Part shown: positions 19,720 to 29,289 of the stretch, one piece after another
How the letters are laid out: each line of letters starts with the position of its first letter
Numbering within the stretch: position 1 is the first letter of the stretch
DNA from: a bacterium
Lineage (GTDB): Bacteria; JADJOY01
Assembly: GCA_046331705.1 (NCBI GenBank)
Contig: JAXLQJ010000017.1
Location: forward strand, 1 to 64,000
Length of the DNA: 64,000 bases
Direction of reading: 5' to 3'
Program-made: the position numbers and the translations under genes
Notes under the pieces: generated by a model
The model's input: the letters and a program-made list of their open reading frames with translations, nothing else
What the model was told of the DNA's origin: nothing
The model's database searches: none

Positions 19720-20129
19720 GGTGAGTCTCCTTGGAAAGAGGATCCCGCACTCCTAGACGGTTCCGGCGAGCGCTGCAAGATGCCGCGCGTGCCGGTAGCG
19801 GTTCACTTCGTGCGAAACCCAATTCGAGGCGCGAGGGGCTGGGGGCACGTCGAAGGGCGCTCCGCGGCCGCGCACCCCGGTCGAGCTCGTGGGGAGTGAG
19901 CCCCAATCGCGCGGCCGCGGCGCAGGCGAGCCTCCGTCTCCACGGGGTCTTCTGGGGTGAGCCGTGCCCGCCGATGGACCCCCGGACCCTCGCGACTCGA
20001 CCGCTGCATTCCAGTCAAAGCGAACCACGACCCGCGTGCCGCGCGCGTGCCGCGCGCGTTGCGCGGGGCGAGCCGCATCGCTAGCCTGCTTCCGAACGTC
20101 ATCGCCAACGTGGTCCCGGAGTCTCGCCG

Positions 20130-21563
20130 ATGAACGCACCGATCCCCGCGAACGTGAATCCCTACTTGAGCGGCCCGTTCGCGCCGCAGCCGCAGGAGAT
20201 CGCGGCGCACGATCTGCTCGCGGTCGAGGGCGAGATCCCGCGCGAGCTGCGCGGCATGTTCGTGCGCAACGGTGCCAACCCGCGCTTCGCTCCGCCGGGC
20301 CGGTACCACTGGTTCGACGGCGACGGCATGATCCACGGCGTTCACATCGAGGACGGTCGCGCCAGCTACGTGAACCGGTTCGTGCGCACCCGCGCGCTCG
20401 CCGAGGAGGAAGGCGCGGGGCACGCGTTGTGGGGCGGCATCCTGGATCCGATCCCGCCCGAGCGCCGCACGGCACCCGACAAGGACACCGCCAACACCGA
20501 TCTCGTCTGGCACGACGGCCGCCTGCTCGCCACGTGGTGGCTGGGCGGCGAGCCGTACGAGCTCGCGGTGCCCTCGCTCGACACGGTCGGGCCGTACTCG
20601 TATGGCGGACGCCTCGGGTGTGGGCTGGCATCGCACCCCAAGCTCGATCCGCGCACCGGCGAGCTGATCTTCTTCGATTACTCCCCGTACCGCGCGCCGT
20701 ATCTGACCTACGGCGTCGCCTCCGCGGACGGCACGCGCATCACGACGACGCCCATCGAGCTACCGGGCCCACGCCTGCTCCACGACATCGCGATCACCGA
20801 GCGCCACACGATCTTCCTGGACTTCCCCATGCTCTGGGACACGTCGCGGCTCGCGAGCGGCCGCCGTCGCGTCGGCTTCGACACCCACCTGCCGAGCCGC
20901 TTCGGCATCGTCCCGCGCCACGGCACCAACTCCGACGTCCGCTGGTTCGAGGCGCCGCCTTGCTACGCGTACCACACGATCAACGCGTTCGAGGACGGCG
21001 ACGTGATCGAGCTGACCGCGTGTCGGATCGAGAACCCGCTGCCCCGGACGCCCGAGGGTGACGGCAAGATCCCGCGGCTCTTCTTCCTGGAGCTGAACCC
21101 GTTCCTCACCCGCTGGCGATTCGATCTGCGCACCGGCGCGGTGAGCGAGGAGCGCCTCGACGATCGCCCCACCGAGTTCCCCCGCATGAACAACCTCCGG
21201 CTCGGGACGCGCACCTCCATCAGCTACAACCCGAGCATCGCGGAAGCGAACGAGCTGCTCTTCGACGGCGTCATCAAATACGACCTCGCCACCAGCACGT
21301 CGCAGCACCACCGCTACGGCGCGGGACGCTTCGGCGGCGAGGTGGTGTTCGCGCCGCGGTCGGGCGGCACGGACGAGGACGACGGCTGGCTCGTCACCTT
21401 CGTCCACGACACCACCACCGACCGCTCCGAGCTGGTGATCCTCGACGCCCGCGACGTCGCCGGGAAGCCGGTGGCGCGGCTCCACATCCCGCAACGTGTG
21501 CCGATCGGCTTCCACGCCTGGTGGATCCGCGGCGAGGATCTCGATCTCGCGGCGCGCCGCTGA
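20130..21563 (+). CDS. Carotenoid/lignostilbene cleavage dioxygenase (RPE65 family)
   Basis: [29 protein letters not shown], four Fe-ligand His (SHPK, LHDI, YHTINA, GFHA), EFPRMN, EDDGWL. Confidence 0.95.
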   Translation: MNAPIPANVNPYLSGPFAPQPQEIAAHDLLAVEGEIPRELRGMFVRNGANPRFAPPGRYHWFDGDGMIHGVHIEDGRASYVNRFVRTRALAEEEGAGHALWGGILDPIPPERRTAPDKDTANTDLVWHDGRLLATWWLGGEPYELAVPSLDTVGPYSYGGRLGCGLASHPKLDPRTGELIFFDYSPYRAPYLTYGVASADGTRITTTPIELPGPRLLHDIAITERHTIFLDFPMLWDTSRLASGRRRVGFDTHLPSRFGIVPRHGTNSDVRWFEAPPCYAYHTINAFEDGDVIELTACRIENPLPRTPEGDGKIPRLFFLELNPFLTRWRFDLRTGAVSEERLDDRPTEFPRMNNLRLGTRTSISYNPSIAEANELLFDGVIKYDLATSTSQHHRYGAGRFGGEVVFAPRSGGTDEDDGWLVTFVHDTTTDRSELVILDARDVAGKPVARLHIPQRVPIGFHAWWIRGEDLDLAARR

Positions 21564-21588
21564 GCCGGCGAGTCCGCGCGGGGGCCGC

Positions 21589-21975
21589 ATGCGAGACGCC
21601 ACGGTCGACACCAAGGGCGGCAAGTTCCAGCAGGACGTGGTCGTCGGACCGCACCGACTCGTCGCCGACGAGCCTCGCGAGAACGGCGGCGACGACCTCG
21701 GCCCCGCGCCGCACGATCTGCTGCTCGCCGCGCTCGGTGCGTGCACGTCGATGACGGTGAAGGCCTACGCGGAACGCAAGGGCTGGCCCCTCGCGCGAGT
21801 GCACGTCGAGCTCACGCAAGGGAAGGACGGGGCGGCCCACGTGATCGAGCGGCGCATCCGTCTCGAAGGACCGCTCGACGAGGAGCAGCGCGCGCGTCTC
21901 CTCGAGATCGCCGGGCGATGCCCGGTGCACCGGACGCTGACGGGCGAGGTCCGCATCCAGAGCGCGCTGGTCTGA
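21589..21975 (+). CDS. OsmC family protein
   Basis: ADEP...[24 protein letters not shown]...RCPVHRTL. Confidence 0.93.
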   Translation: MRDATVDTKGGKFQQDVVVGPHRLVADEPRENGGDDLGPAPHDLLLAALGACTSMTVKAYAERKGWPLARVHVELTQGKDGAAHVIERRIRLEGPLDEEQRARLLEIAGRCPVHRTLTGEVRIQSALV

Positions 21976-22008
21976 GCGCGCAGGTCTGAGGGCGCCGCCG
22001 CGCGTCGC

Positions 22009-22671
22009 TCAGCGGCCGGGCGCGCCGAAGAGCTCGTCGATCACGTCCTGGGTCTTCTGGGCGAGATCGGGATGGCCGAGGCGCACGAAGCCGTCCCGCG
22101 AGCGCGTCAGCACCGCGAGCGCTTCGTCGAGCTCGCCGGCGGCGTGGAGCAGCTGGCCGAGATCGACGCCCACGAACGTGATGCCATCGAGGCGATCCAG
22201 CTTCTGATTGATCCGATAGGAATCGCTCAGGTGATCGAACGCCTCCTGGTAGCGTTCCAGGGCGATCTCCACCTTGGCGAGCGCCCACAGCGTGTTGGCC
22301 GTGCCGTCGGCGTCGCCGAGCTCGCGAAAGGTGGGGAGGGTCTCCGCGAGCAACGCGAACGCGCCGTCCAGATCCCCGCCCGCCGCACCGAGCCGCGCGA
22401 CTGCCACCAGCGTGATGGCGCGCGCGTGCCGATCGCCCAGCTCGTCGTAGATGCGGATCTCCGCTTCGTGATCCGCGAGCGCGCCCGCGACATCCCCCCG
22501 CGCGGCGCGAATCGCCGCCATCTGGCCCAGCACCAGCGCGCGCTCGCTCGGGTTCGCGAGCTGGTCGCGCGCCGCGTCGAGCACGGCGAGCGCTTCCCGG
22601 TCCCGCCCGCTCTCGACGAGCGCGTGCGCGCTGTCGAGGATCGCTCCGAGCGAACCGCTCGCCTCGCTCAC
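22009..22671 (-). CDS. Tetratricopeptide repeat protein
   Basis: ~40-aa TPR-like repeats (YDELGD..ARA, FRELGD..TA, QKLDR..GI); overlaps the DnaJ stop. Confidence 0.85.
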   Translation of the reverse strand: MSEASGSLGAILDSAHALVESGRDREALAVLDAARDQLANPSERALVLGQMAAIRAARGDVAGALADHEAEIRIYDELGDRHARAITLVAVARLGAAGGDLDGAFALLAETLPTFRELGDADGTANTLWALAKVEIALERYQEAFDHLSDSYRINQKLDRLDGITFVGVDLGQLLHAAGELDEALAVLTRSRDGFVRLGHPDLAQKTQDVIDELFGAPGR

Positions 22672-23729
22672 GCTGCACCGCGCGGATCGATCGGTCTCAG
22701 CTCGGCAAGCCGCTGGTAGAGATCTCGCTCCTCGGGAGTCGAGTCCTTCGGCACCACCACCTTGAGCACGACGTATTGATCGCCGCGCTGGCCGCCGCTG
22801 CCGGGCAGCCCTTTGCCGCGCAGCTTCATGCGCGTCCCCGACTGGCTACCGGCTGGCACCTTCATCTTCACGCTGCCGTCCAGGACCGGCACGGTGACCT
22901 CCTTGCCGAGCACGGCTTCCCAGGGCCACAGCGGCAGATCGACCTGCAGATCGTTGCCGACCCGCTGGAACACCGGATGCGCGGCGATGTGGACGCGCAA
23001 CAGCAGATCGCCGGGATCCCCGCCGCCCATGCCTGGGTTGCCCTTGCCGCGCACGCGCAACTGGCCGCCTTCGCTGATTCCCGGCGGGATGCGCACCTCG
23101 ATGGTCTGCGAGCGCGATTCCTGGCCGCTGCCGCGGCACGACGTGCACGGCTTGTCGCCCGCGAGCCCGCTGCCGCCGCACGCCGAGCACGGCGCGAGCC
23201 CGCTCAGGTGCAAGCTGCGCCGCGTGCCGTTCAGGACCTCGTCGAGCGTGACCTCCACGTCCGCGACCGCGTCCTCGCCCGGCATCGAGAAGCCGCGGGC
23301 GCCGCGACCGCGGCGCGCGCCCGGCCGTTGGCCCGAGTCGCCGAACAGCTGCTGGAAGAAATCGCTGAACCCACCCAGATCGCCGAAGCCCTGGAAGCCG
23401 CCTGGCGCGCCGCCCGCGTCGGGCGACCAGCTCCACGCCTGCGCTCCGCCGCCCGGCCGACCCGCACCCTCGAAGCCGCGGAACGGCTCGCCGTGCTTCC
23501 AGTTGGCGCCGAGGCGGTCGTACTTCTTGCGGTTCTCCGGATCGCCGAGAACCTGGTAGGCCTCGTTGATCTCCTTGAACTTGTTCTCGGCGGCGCTGCG
23601 GTCCTTGCTCGCGTGGAGATCGGGATGGTGCTTGCGCGCCTGACGGCGGTAAGCCTTCTTGATCTCCTCCTGCGTCGCCTCGCGCTTCACGCCCAGGAGC
23701 TTGTAGTAGTCCTTGTATTCGGTTGCCAC
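22668..23729 (-). CDS. DnaJ/CbpA-like J-domain co-chaperone
   Basis: KDYYKLLGV...HHPD J domain, G/F region FSDFFQQLFG, two CxxCxGxG motifs, DnaJ C-terminal domains. Confidence 0.95.
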   Translation of the reverse strand: MATEYKDYYKLLGVKREATQEEIKKAYRRQARKHHPDLHASKDRSAAENKFKEINEAYQVLGDPENRKKYDRLGANWKHGEPFRGFEGAGRPGGGAQAWSWSPDAGGAPGGFQGFGDLGGFSDFFQQLFGDSGQRPGARRGRGARGFSMPGEDAVADVEVTLDEVLNGTRRSLHLSGLAPCSACGGSGLAGDKPCTSCRGSGQESRSQTIEVRIPPGISEGGQLRVRGKGNPGMGGGDPGDLLLRVHIAAHPVFQRVGNDLQVDLPLWPWEAVLGKEVTVPVLDGSVKMKVPAGSQSGTRMKLRGKGLPGSGGQRGDQYVVLKVVVPKDSTPEERDLYQRLAELRPIDPRGAA

Positions 23730-23775
23730 GATTCGAATTTGGTCTCGTCGTGCGTGGAGTCAATCCCTGCGAACG

Positions 23776-24237
23776 TCAGTGCAACGACGACGACCTGGGC
23801 GGTGTCCCCTCGGGATCTTCCGGCTCCACGAGCGGCTTGCGGCCGGCGAATCCCTCGGTCTCGCCGTGGTACCACTCGATGGCGGCCTCGCCGTGACGCC
23901 AGCAGAGCTGAACGTCCTCGCCGTCGCGCCGATGCCAGAAGTCGACCAGCCCCTTCTCGACGTCCTTCACCATCCCGCCGAGCTTGCGCACCGCGTCCAC
24001 CTGGATCTGCATGTCGCGATAGAGGCCGACGAGCTCGTGGCGCAGCGGGCCCGGATACGCCCCGCCGAGGCTCGACAGATGATGGACGATCTCTCGGATC
24101 CGCTCGATCCGCGACATCACGACGTCGAAACGCGCCTGCAGCTCGGGGACCAGGCGATTGGCATCGTCGATCGAGAAGTAGATCCGCTGGTCCCGGGCCT
24201 TCGCCTCGACGTCGTCGCGCTGCTTGCGGTCGCCCAT
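23776..24237 (-). CDS. DUF2203 family protein
   Basis: FSIDDANRLVP...VKDVEKGLVDF...LCWRHGE..IEWYH...GFAGRKP. Confidence 0.85.
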   Translation of the reverse strand: MGDRKQRDDVEAKARDQRIYFSIDDANRLVPELQARFDVVMSRIERIREIVHHLSSLGGAYPGPLRHELVGLYRDMQIQVDAVRKLGGMVKDVEKGLVDFWHRRDGEDVQLCWRHGEAAIEWYHGETEGFAGRKPLVEPEDPEGTPPRSSSLH

Positions 24238-24281
24238 GTCGAGGCCGAGTATAGCCGCGCCAGCTCTCGCCGAGCTCGAAC

Positions 24282-25313
24282 GTGAGCCCGCGCGCACCGC
24301 GGGTGAGTGTGCTGCTGCCCGTGCGCGACGGCGAGGCCACCCTCGAGGAAGCGCTGGCCAGCGTGGCCGCGCAGACCTTCGACGATCTCCAGATCGTGGT
24401 GGTGAACGACGGCTCGCGCGACGGAACCGGCCGCATCCTCGAACGCTGGGCGGCGCGCGAGCAGCGGCTCACGGTGCTCGGCACCGCGGGAGTCGGCATC
24501 GCCGAGGCGCTGACGCTGGGCCTACGCGCGTGCATGGCGCCGCTGGTCGCGCGAATGGACGCCGACGACGTCAGCGATCCACGGCGCATCGAGCTCCAGG
24601 TCGCGGCGCTACGGGCCGAGCGCGACGTGGCGCTGGTGGGCACGCACGTCACGATCGCCGGGCTCGACGGCGAGCCTCCCGGCGCCGGCATGGCTCGGCA
24701 CGCCGAGTGGCTGGCGGGGATCGTCACCCCCGACGACGTGCGACGCGAGCTCTACGTCGAATGCCCGATCCTCCACCCGACCTTCTGCTTCCGCCGCGAG
24801 CACGTCGAGGCGATCGGCGGCTATCGTGCCGGTCCGTTTCCCGAGGACTACGACTTGGTCTTGAGGCTCGCCGAGACCGGCTGCGTCCTCGCGAACGTGG
24901 CGGCACCGCTCGTCACCTGGCGCGATAGCGCGCGGCGCGCATCGCGCTGTCTGCCCGCGTACGCGCGCCCGGCCTTCTTCCGGCTCAAGGCGGCGCACCT
25001 CGCGCGATTCCGGCTCGCGCGACGGCCCGCGATCGTGTGGGGCGCGGGAAAGGTGGGGCGGTTCTTCTCGCGCGAGCTCTTGCGCGCCGGCGCCGCGGTG
25101 ACGGGATTCGTCGACATCGATCCGGCGAAATGGGGTCGCGCGGTGCGCGAGCGGCCGGTGCTCGCGCCCGCGGAGCTCGGGCGAGCGCTCGCCGCGAATC
25201 CGGCGCCGCTGGTGGTCGGCGCCGTGGGTACCCTCGGCGCGCGGGCGCTGATCCGGGACGCGCTGCGCGCGCTCGGCCTCGGCGAGCCGGGGGACTTCGT
25301 GATGGTGGCCTGA
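24282..25313 (+). CDS. Glycosyltransferase family 2
   Basis: VSVLLPVRD, VVNDGSRD, ARMDADD, HPT, PEDYDL; C-terminal Rossmann-like IVWGAGKVG. Confidence 0.92.
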   Translation: MSPRAPRVSVLLPVRDGEATLEEALASVAAQTFDDLQIVVVNDGSRDGTGRILERWAAREQRLTVLGTAGVGIAEALTLGLRACMAPLVARMDADDVSDPRRIELQVAALRAERDVALVGTHVTIAGLDGEPPGAGMARHAEWLAGIVTPDDVRRELYVECPILHPTFCFRREHVEAIGGYRAGPFPEDYDLVLRLAETGCVLANVAAPLVTWRDSARRASRCLPAYARPAFFRLKAAHLARFRLARRPAIVWGAGKVGRFFSRELLRAGAAVTGFVDIDPAKWGRAVRERPVLAPAELGRALAANPAPLVVGAVGTLGARALIRDALRALGLGEPGDFVMVA

Positions 25314-25347
25314 CCCGCCACCGTGGCCGCGCGACCTCCGTCGCGAA

Positions 25348-25947
25348 TCACTCGCGCAGGGGTTTGCGAAGGTAGACGCCCGGACTGCCGTCGGGATCGG
25401 CGCGGTGGATCGCGAATCCCGCGGCCAGGTACATCGCGAGCGGGCCGTGGTGGTTCGCGGCGGCGCTGGCCTCGTCGGTGCGAGCGTAGGCCTCGACGAC
25501 GGCGAGCCCCTGTTCTCGCAAGCCGTCACAGGCGGCGGCGAGCAGCGCCGTCGCGACTCCGCGGCGGCGATAGGGGGCCGCGACCACGAAGCACGTGATC
25601 TCGGCGAGCGTGTCCGCGTCCGGGTCCGGTTCGTCGTGAAGCGCGGTCATGAGGCTCCACGGCCCCGCATTGCACCAACCCACGACCTTGCCATCGAGGT
25701 ACGCGAGGCATCCCTGCATCCGGCCGGCGCCGATCTTGAGGCACGCATCCGCGCGATTCTGCGCCGCCGTGCGGTCTTTCCAGGAGACGCGACGGTGATC
25801 CACCAGGAAGCACTGGCAATAGCAGGAGGCCCACTGCGGGTTGTCGGCGAACGCTTCGCCGTCGAAGAACGCGAGAAAATCGGCGAGGCGTTCCGGCGCG
25901 AGCGGCCGGATCTGGATCGGCGAGCTCGGGGCGTCGGGCAACGTCAT
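25348..25947 (-). CDS. GNAT family N-acetyltransferase
   Basis: WASCYCQC, VVGWCNAGP, ITCFVVAAPYRRRGVATALL, MYLAAGF. Confidence 0.9.
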   Translation of the reverse strand: MTLPDAPSSPIQIRPLAPERLADFLAFFDGEAFADNPQWASCYCQCFLVDHRRVSWKDRTAAQNRADACLKIGAGRMQGCLAYLDGKVVGWCNAGPWSLMTALHDEPDPDADTLAEITCFVVAAPYRRRGVATALLAAACDGLREQGLAVVEAYARTDEASAAANHHGPLAMYLAAGFAIHRADPDGSPGVYLRKPLRE

Positions 25948-25990
25948 CGCGTGCTCCCGGCGCCGGCGTGCGAGCGGTTCGCGCGCTCGT

Positions 25991-28786
25991 TCACGCGAGC
26001 CTGAGCCCCGGGGGCAAGGTGTCGCCGAAGACCTGGGTCTCTTCCTGGGCGTCGAGCGCCACGACCTCGCGCACCATGCGCGCCCAGCCGGAAGCGCCAC
26101 CGCTGCGCGCCAGGCGCTCGGCCACCTTGTGGCGCACGTCCTCGGCGAGGTCGCGCTCGCGATCGCCGGTCATGCGCGCGATCATCGCCGCGGCGAGCCC
26201 GGCGCCCTCGGCCTTGCGCCAATCGAGCGCCAGCAGGCGCTCGATCCAACGCGATCCGACCTCCGGCGAGACCACGTCGTGGAGGCTGCCGTAGAGCGGT
26301 TGACGCGAGCCGAGCCGGCCGAGCGGCCACCACGAGAGCGGCGAGTCGGCGTTGCGACGCGCCACCACCCACTCGCCCACGTCGGCTTTCTCGCTGGCGG
26401 AGATGCGCTCGAGCGAGACCACCATCCGCTCCATCTCGAGATGCCCTTCCGCCTTGGGCCCCTTCGGCTTGGGCGGCGAGCGCGTCTTGGGCGGCTCGAG
26501 CCACGGGCGCGCGTTCTCCAGCAGCACGCGCTGCGCCTCGGCGCTCAAGCCACCGGCCACCCGCCGCCACAGGATCCACCACTCCGCCCAGTTGAGCGGA
26601 TCGGCGGTGTGCTGAACGCCGCCCTCGAAGAGATTCCACATCTCGCCGACGCGCCAATCGTCGAGCGGCACGCCATAGCCGGGACGCAAGCAGAAGCCCG
26701 CGAGCTGGAACCACACGCGCTCGTGCTGCGCCGTGCGGCGGCGGCGTCCCGCGCAATCCCAGAGCACTCCCCAGAGCTCACGGTTGGTGGTGGCCGACCA
26801 GGAATCCCGCGGCCCGAGCAGGTGCTCGACGCTGCGGCGCAGATTCTTGATCTCCTTGGGGTCGACGGTCTGGTCGCGCTTGCCGTAGAGGCGCTCGATG
26901 GCGTTGCGGGCGTCCGGGAACTTGCGCGGAAGCTCGTCGATCGCCGCCGCGCTGCGGCCGCCATCGCCGCGCACGGCGAAGCGCAGCCGGAACCGCCGTT
27001 CGGGCGGCGTCGTGCTCTTGAGCGCGATCTCGAGCGTCCCCACCTCGGTCAGATGGGTGTCGAGGCGCACCGCCACCTCGCCGCTCTCGGTGGCGCTGCC
27101 GGTCTTGCCCGCGCCGCCACCGCCGAGCACGGCGCACAGTGGAGGCAGCGCTTCGAGGTCGTCGGTGACGTCGACGACCGCCCCGAGCGGATCGATGCGG
27201 TCGCTGGTGGAGGTGAAGAGCGGAAAGGCCACCGGCCGACCGAGGACCAGCTTGAGATCGACGCCCGGCACCTCGGACTCGGCGCCTTCCTCCATCCCGC
27301 GCGGCGCCACGCACACCGCGTGACGACGCTCCTCCTCGCCGGCGACGCCGATGTAGTAGGCGCGCGCCGAGCCGCCGGTGATCCGCACGCCGAAACCGCG
27401 CCGCACCAGGCCGTGATAGGCGGCGCCGCGGGCCACCGCGAGATCGAGCGATTGGTGGGTGAGCAGCGGGATGGCCTCGCCGGGGAACCAGCTCGCCAGC
27501 ACCTGCGCCAATCGCTCGACCACCCGGGGGCCGTTGAAGACACCGCCGTTCAGGAGCAGCGCGTCGGGCCGCGGGATGCCGCTCACGATCGCGACGCCGG
27601 TGCGCGCCGCCGTCTCCGCGTGGCGCCGGAGAAACGACGAGATGTGCCGCGAGATCGCCGGATCGGCGGCGAAGGGCAGCGAGAGCTCGGTGAGCGCCAC
27701 GCGGCCGCGCTTCTCGAGCTCTTGATCGGCGGCCACGCGCGGCAAGAAGCCCTCGAGCAGGATCTGCTCGGCTTCGACGCGGCCGAGCGCGTACGACTGC
27801 GCACCACCGAGCAGCCGCGCGCCGCGCCCCACCACCGCGACCCCGTAGGAATCCGGCCCCTGACCCGAGAGCAGCGTCTCCTTGGCGAGACGCGCCGCCT
27901 GCACCAGCCCCGACCAACGCGTGGCGTCGAGCGTGCCCGGCTTGCCGAAGAGCTGCATCTCGACGTGACGAGCGAGCGTCACGTCCATGTTGTCGCCGCC
28001 CAGCATCAGATGATCGCCGACCGCGATGCGCTCGAGTGTCGGCGTGCCTCCGCCCGCGGGACGCACCACCCGCACCAGGGTCAGGTCGGTGGTGCCGCCG
28101 CCGACGTCGACGACCAGCACCAGTCGCGCGCTGCCGAGGGCCCTTTCGAGGTCGTTCTCGTGGTGCTGCAGGAAATCGTAGAACGCCGCCTGCGGCTCCT
28201 CGATGAGCCTGAGCCGTCCGATGCCGGCGCGCTCCGCGGCCTCCACCGTCAGCTCGCGCGCCACCTCGTCGAACGACGCGGGCACCGTGAGCACCACGTC
28301 CTGGCGATTGAGCGGCGCGTCGGGATGGGCCTGATCCCAGGCGTTGCGCGCATGCTCCAGCACCCGCGCCGAAGCCTCGACCGGCGAGAGCCGCGGCACG
28401 TCCTCGGCGGCGCCCCAGGGCAGGATCGCCGCCGCGCGATCGACGCCCGCGTACGAGAGCCAGCTCTTGGCGGAATAGACGAGACGTCCCGGAACCTGCG
28501 CCCCCTGGCGACGCGCGAACTCGCCGATGGCCCAATCCACGCGGGTCACGGCCACCGCCGCGCGATTCCACGGCAACTTGGTGGCTCCCTCGATCAGCTC
28601 GCCTTCGGCGGGCGTGTAGAGGAAGGAGGGCAGGAGATCGAGCGCCGCGACCTCACCCGCGGCCACCAGCTGCGCGATCGGGAAGACCGAGATCTCCGGG
28701 CGATCCACGGGGCTCGCCGCCACCACCGTGTGCGTGGTGCCGAGATCGATCCCGACCACGAAGCGCGCGTCGCCGCTCGTCGCCAC
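25991..28786 (-). CDS. Atypical Hsp70 family protein with a C-terminal DUF3731-like helical domain
   Basis: GIDLGTT, LTVPASFD, EEPQAA, DVGGGTTD, LGGDNMD, AVARGAA; Trp-rich ~290-aa tail (LAGFCLRPGYG, WWILWRRVAGGL, GRLGSRQPLYGS). Confidence 0.9.
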   Translation of the reverse strand: MATSGDARFVVGIDLGTTHTVVAASPVDRPEISVFPIAQLVAAGEVAALDLLPSFLYTPAEGELIEGATKLPWNRAAVAVTRVDWAIGEFARRQGAQVPGRLVYSAKSWLSYAGVDRAAAILPWGAAEDVPRLSPVEASARVLEHARNAWDQAHPDAPLNRQDVVLTVPASFDEVARELTVEAAERAGIGRLRLIEEPQAAFYDFLQHHENDLERALGSARLVLVVDVGGGTTDLTLVRVVRPAGGGTPTLERIAVGDHLMLGGDNMDVTLARHVEMQLFGKPGTLDATRWSGLVQAARLAKETLLSGQGPDSYGVAVVGRGARLLGGAQSYALGRVEAEQILLEGFLPRVAADQELEKRGRVALTELSLPFAADPAISRHISSFLRRHAETAARTGVAIVSGIPRPDALLLNGGVFNGPRVVERLAQVLASWFPGEAIPLLTHQSLDLAVARGAAYHGLVRRGFGVRITGGSARAYYIGVAGEEERRHAVCVAPRGMEEGAESEVPGVDLKLVLGRPVAFPLFTSTSDRIDPLGAVVDVTDDLEALPPLCAVLGGGGAGKTGSATESGEVAVRLDTHLTEVGTLEIALKSTTPPERRFRLRFAVRGDGGRSAAAIDELPRKFPDARNAIERLYGKRDQTVDPKEIKNLRRSVEHLLGPRDSWSATTNRELWGVLWDCAGRRRRTAQHERVWFQLAGFCLRPGYGVPLDDWRVGEMWNLFEGGVQHTADPLNWAEWWILWRRVAGGLSAEAQRVLLENARPWLEPPKTRSPPKPKGPKAEGHLEMERMVVSLERISASEKADVGEWVVARRNADSPLSWWPLGRLGSRQPLYGSLHDVVSPEVGSRWIERLLALDWRKAEGAGLAAAMIARMTGDRERDLAEDVRHKVAERLARSGGASGWARMVREVVALDAQEETQVFGDTLPPGLRLA

Positions 28787-28787
28787 G

Positions 28788-29255
28788 CTATCGACCCGAT
28801 TCCGCGTACACGTCGGGGCGGTGAATCTGCATCAGCATCTCGGGCTGATCGACGGCGGTGAAGCCGAAGCGCGCATAGAGCGAATGCGCATCGCGCGTGG
28901 CGAGCATGAAACGCCGGAAATCCTGCAGCTCCGGATGGGCCAGCACCTCGCCGACCAGCCACTTCGAGAGCCCGCGACCGCGGTGCTCGGGCAAGACGAA
29001 GACGTCACCGAGGTAGCCAAAGGTCGCGTAGTCGGTGATCACGCGCGCGAAACCCACCATCGCCCCCGTCGCCTCGACGAAGAGCCCGAAGCAACACGAC
29101 TCGCGTACGCTGCGCTCGACGCGCTCGCGCGAGATCCCTCGCGCCCAGTACGACTCGCGCGACAAGAACCCGTGGATCACGTCCAGGTCGAGCGCCGCGC
29201 GGTCGGTGCGGATTCGATAGCCGTCGCGGCGCACGTCGATCGGCGTGGGAGTCAT
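28788..29255 (-). CDS. GNAT family N-acetyltransferase
   Basis: IHGFLSRESYWA, VGFARVITDYATFGYLGDVFVLPEHRGRGL, DAHSLYARFGF. Confidence 0.92.
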   Translation of the reverse strand: MTPTPIDVRRDGYRIRTDRAALDLDVIHGFLSRESYWARGISRERVERSVRESCCFGLFVEATGAMVGFARVITDYATFGYLGDVFVLPEHRGRGLSKWLVGEVLAHPELQDFRRFMLATRDAHSLYARFGFTAVDQPEMLMQIHRPDVYAESGR

Positions 29256-29289
29256 GGCGAATCCGAAGCGCGCCGCGAGCGCCGCTCGA

